The notes under the pieces were generated by a model. That model searched no databases, had not been told where the DNA came from, and saw only the letters and a program-made list of their open reading frames with translations. A stretch of 64,000 nucleotides of DNA from a virus: the IMG/VR virus record IMGVR_UViG_3300017605_000880, positions 1 through 64,000 of that record, one strand, 5' to 3'. A program made the position numbers and the translations under genes. Each line of letters starts with the position of its first letter. The first letter of the stretch is position 1. Below, piece by piece: positions 63,827-64,000 of the stretch.

Positions 63827-64000
63827 CTCGTGCCCTCTCTGTCGGGTTTCACGTGGATCCGGGAATACAGCGAGGGGGCCGCCGTAGCGACCCCCTCGAT
63901 GTGTCAGACTGCCACCGTCTCAAGCTCGGTGTCCGCCTGGCGCGCAAGTTCGATGGCCTTCTTCGCCGCGCCGCGCCCACATCCGGTCGCCCGCATCAGC

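Overview
High-GC siphovirus-type actinobacteriophage (or prophage) segment; no integrase, DNA polymerase, tRNA or CRISPR array was recognised. Layout: leftward early/recombination genes (1-4.9 kb); a divergent promoter pair; a rightward nucleotide-modification and replication block (LAGLIDADG endonuclease, PurZ0-type synthetase, Nmad1-like protein, NDT-dUTPase fusion, primase-helicase, PurB); accessory genes; terminase, portal, MuF-like protein, scaffold, capsid and tail genes; lysis genes; and leftward genes at the right end. Two features stand out. (1) About 14 otherwise unrelated genes, mostly packed between terminase and scaffold, carry the same short W..HPR..G.F or QPRWP.G.P..GG.F tag. 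It is fused to different effector domains (three HipA/PI3K-like kinases, two zincins, two GNAT-like domains, a zeta-toxin kinase), several followed by small candidate immunity ORFs. This looks like a tag-directed polymorphic virion-cargo system. (2) The 2-aminoadenine (Z) synthetase gene purZ0 is broken inside its GGQYGS|EAKG P-loop by exactly 7 nt (TTATGCC) that start with an in-frame UUA codon, lie in a hairpin, and follow directly on a free-standing homing endonuclease gene. This is a candidate ribosomal-bypass/homing cassette controlling Z-DNA synthesis. All functional calls come from motif recognition by eye; no database searches were run.
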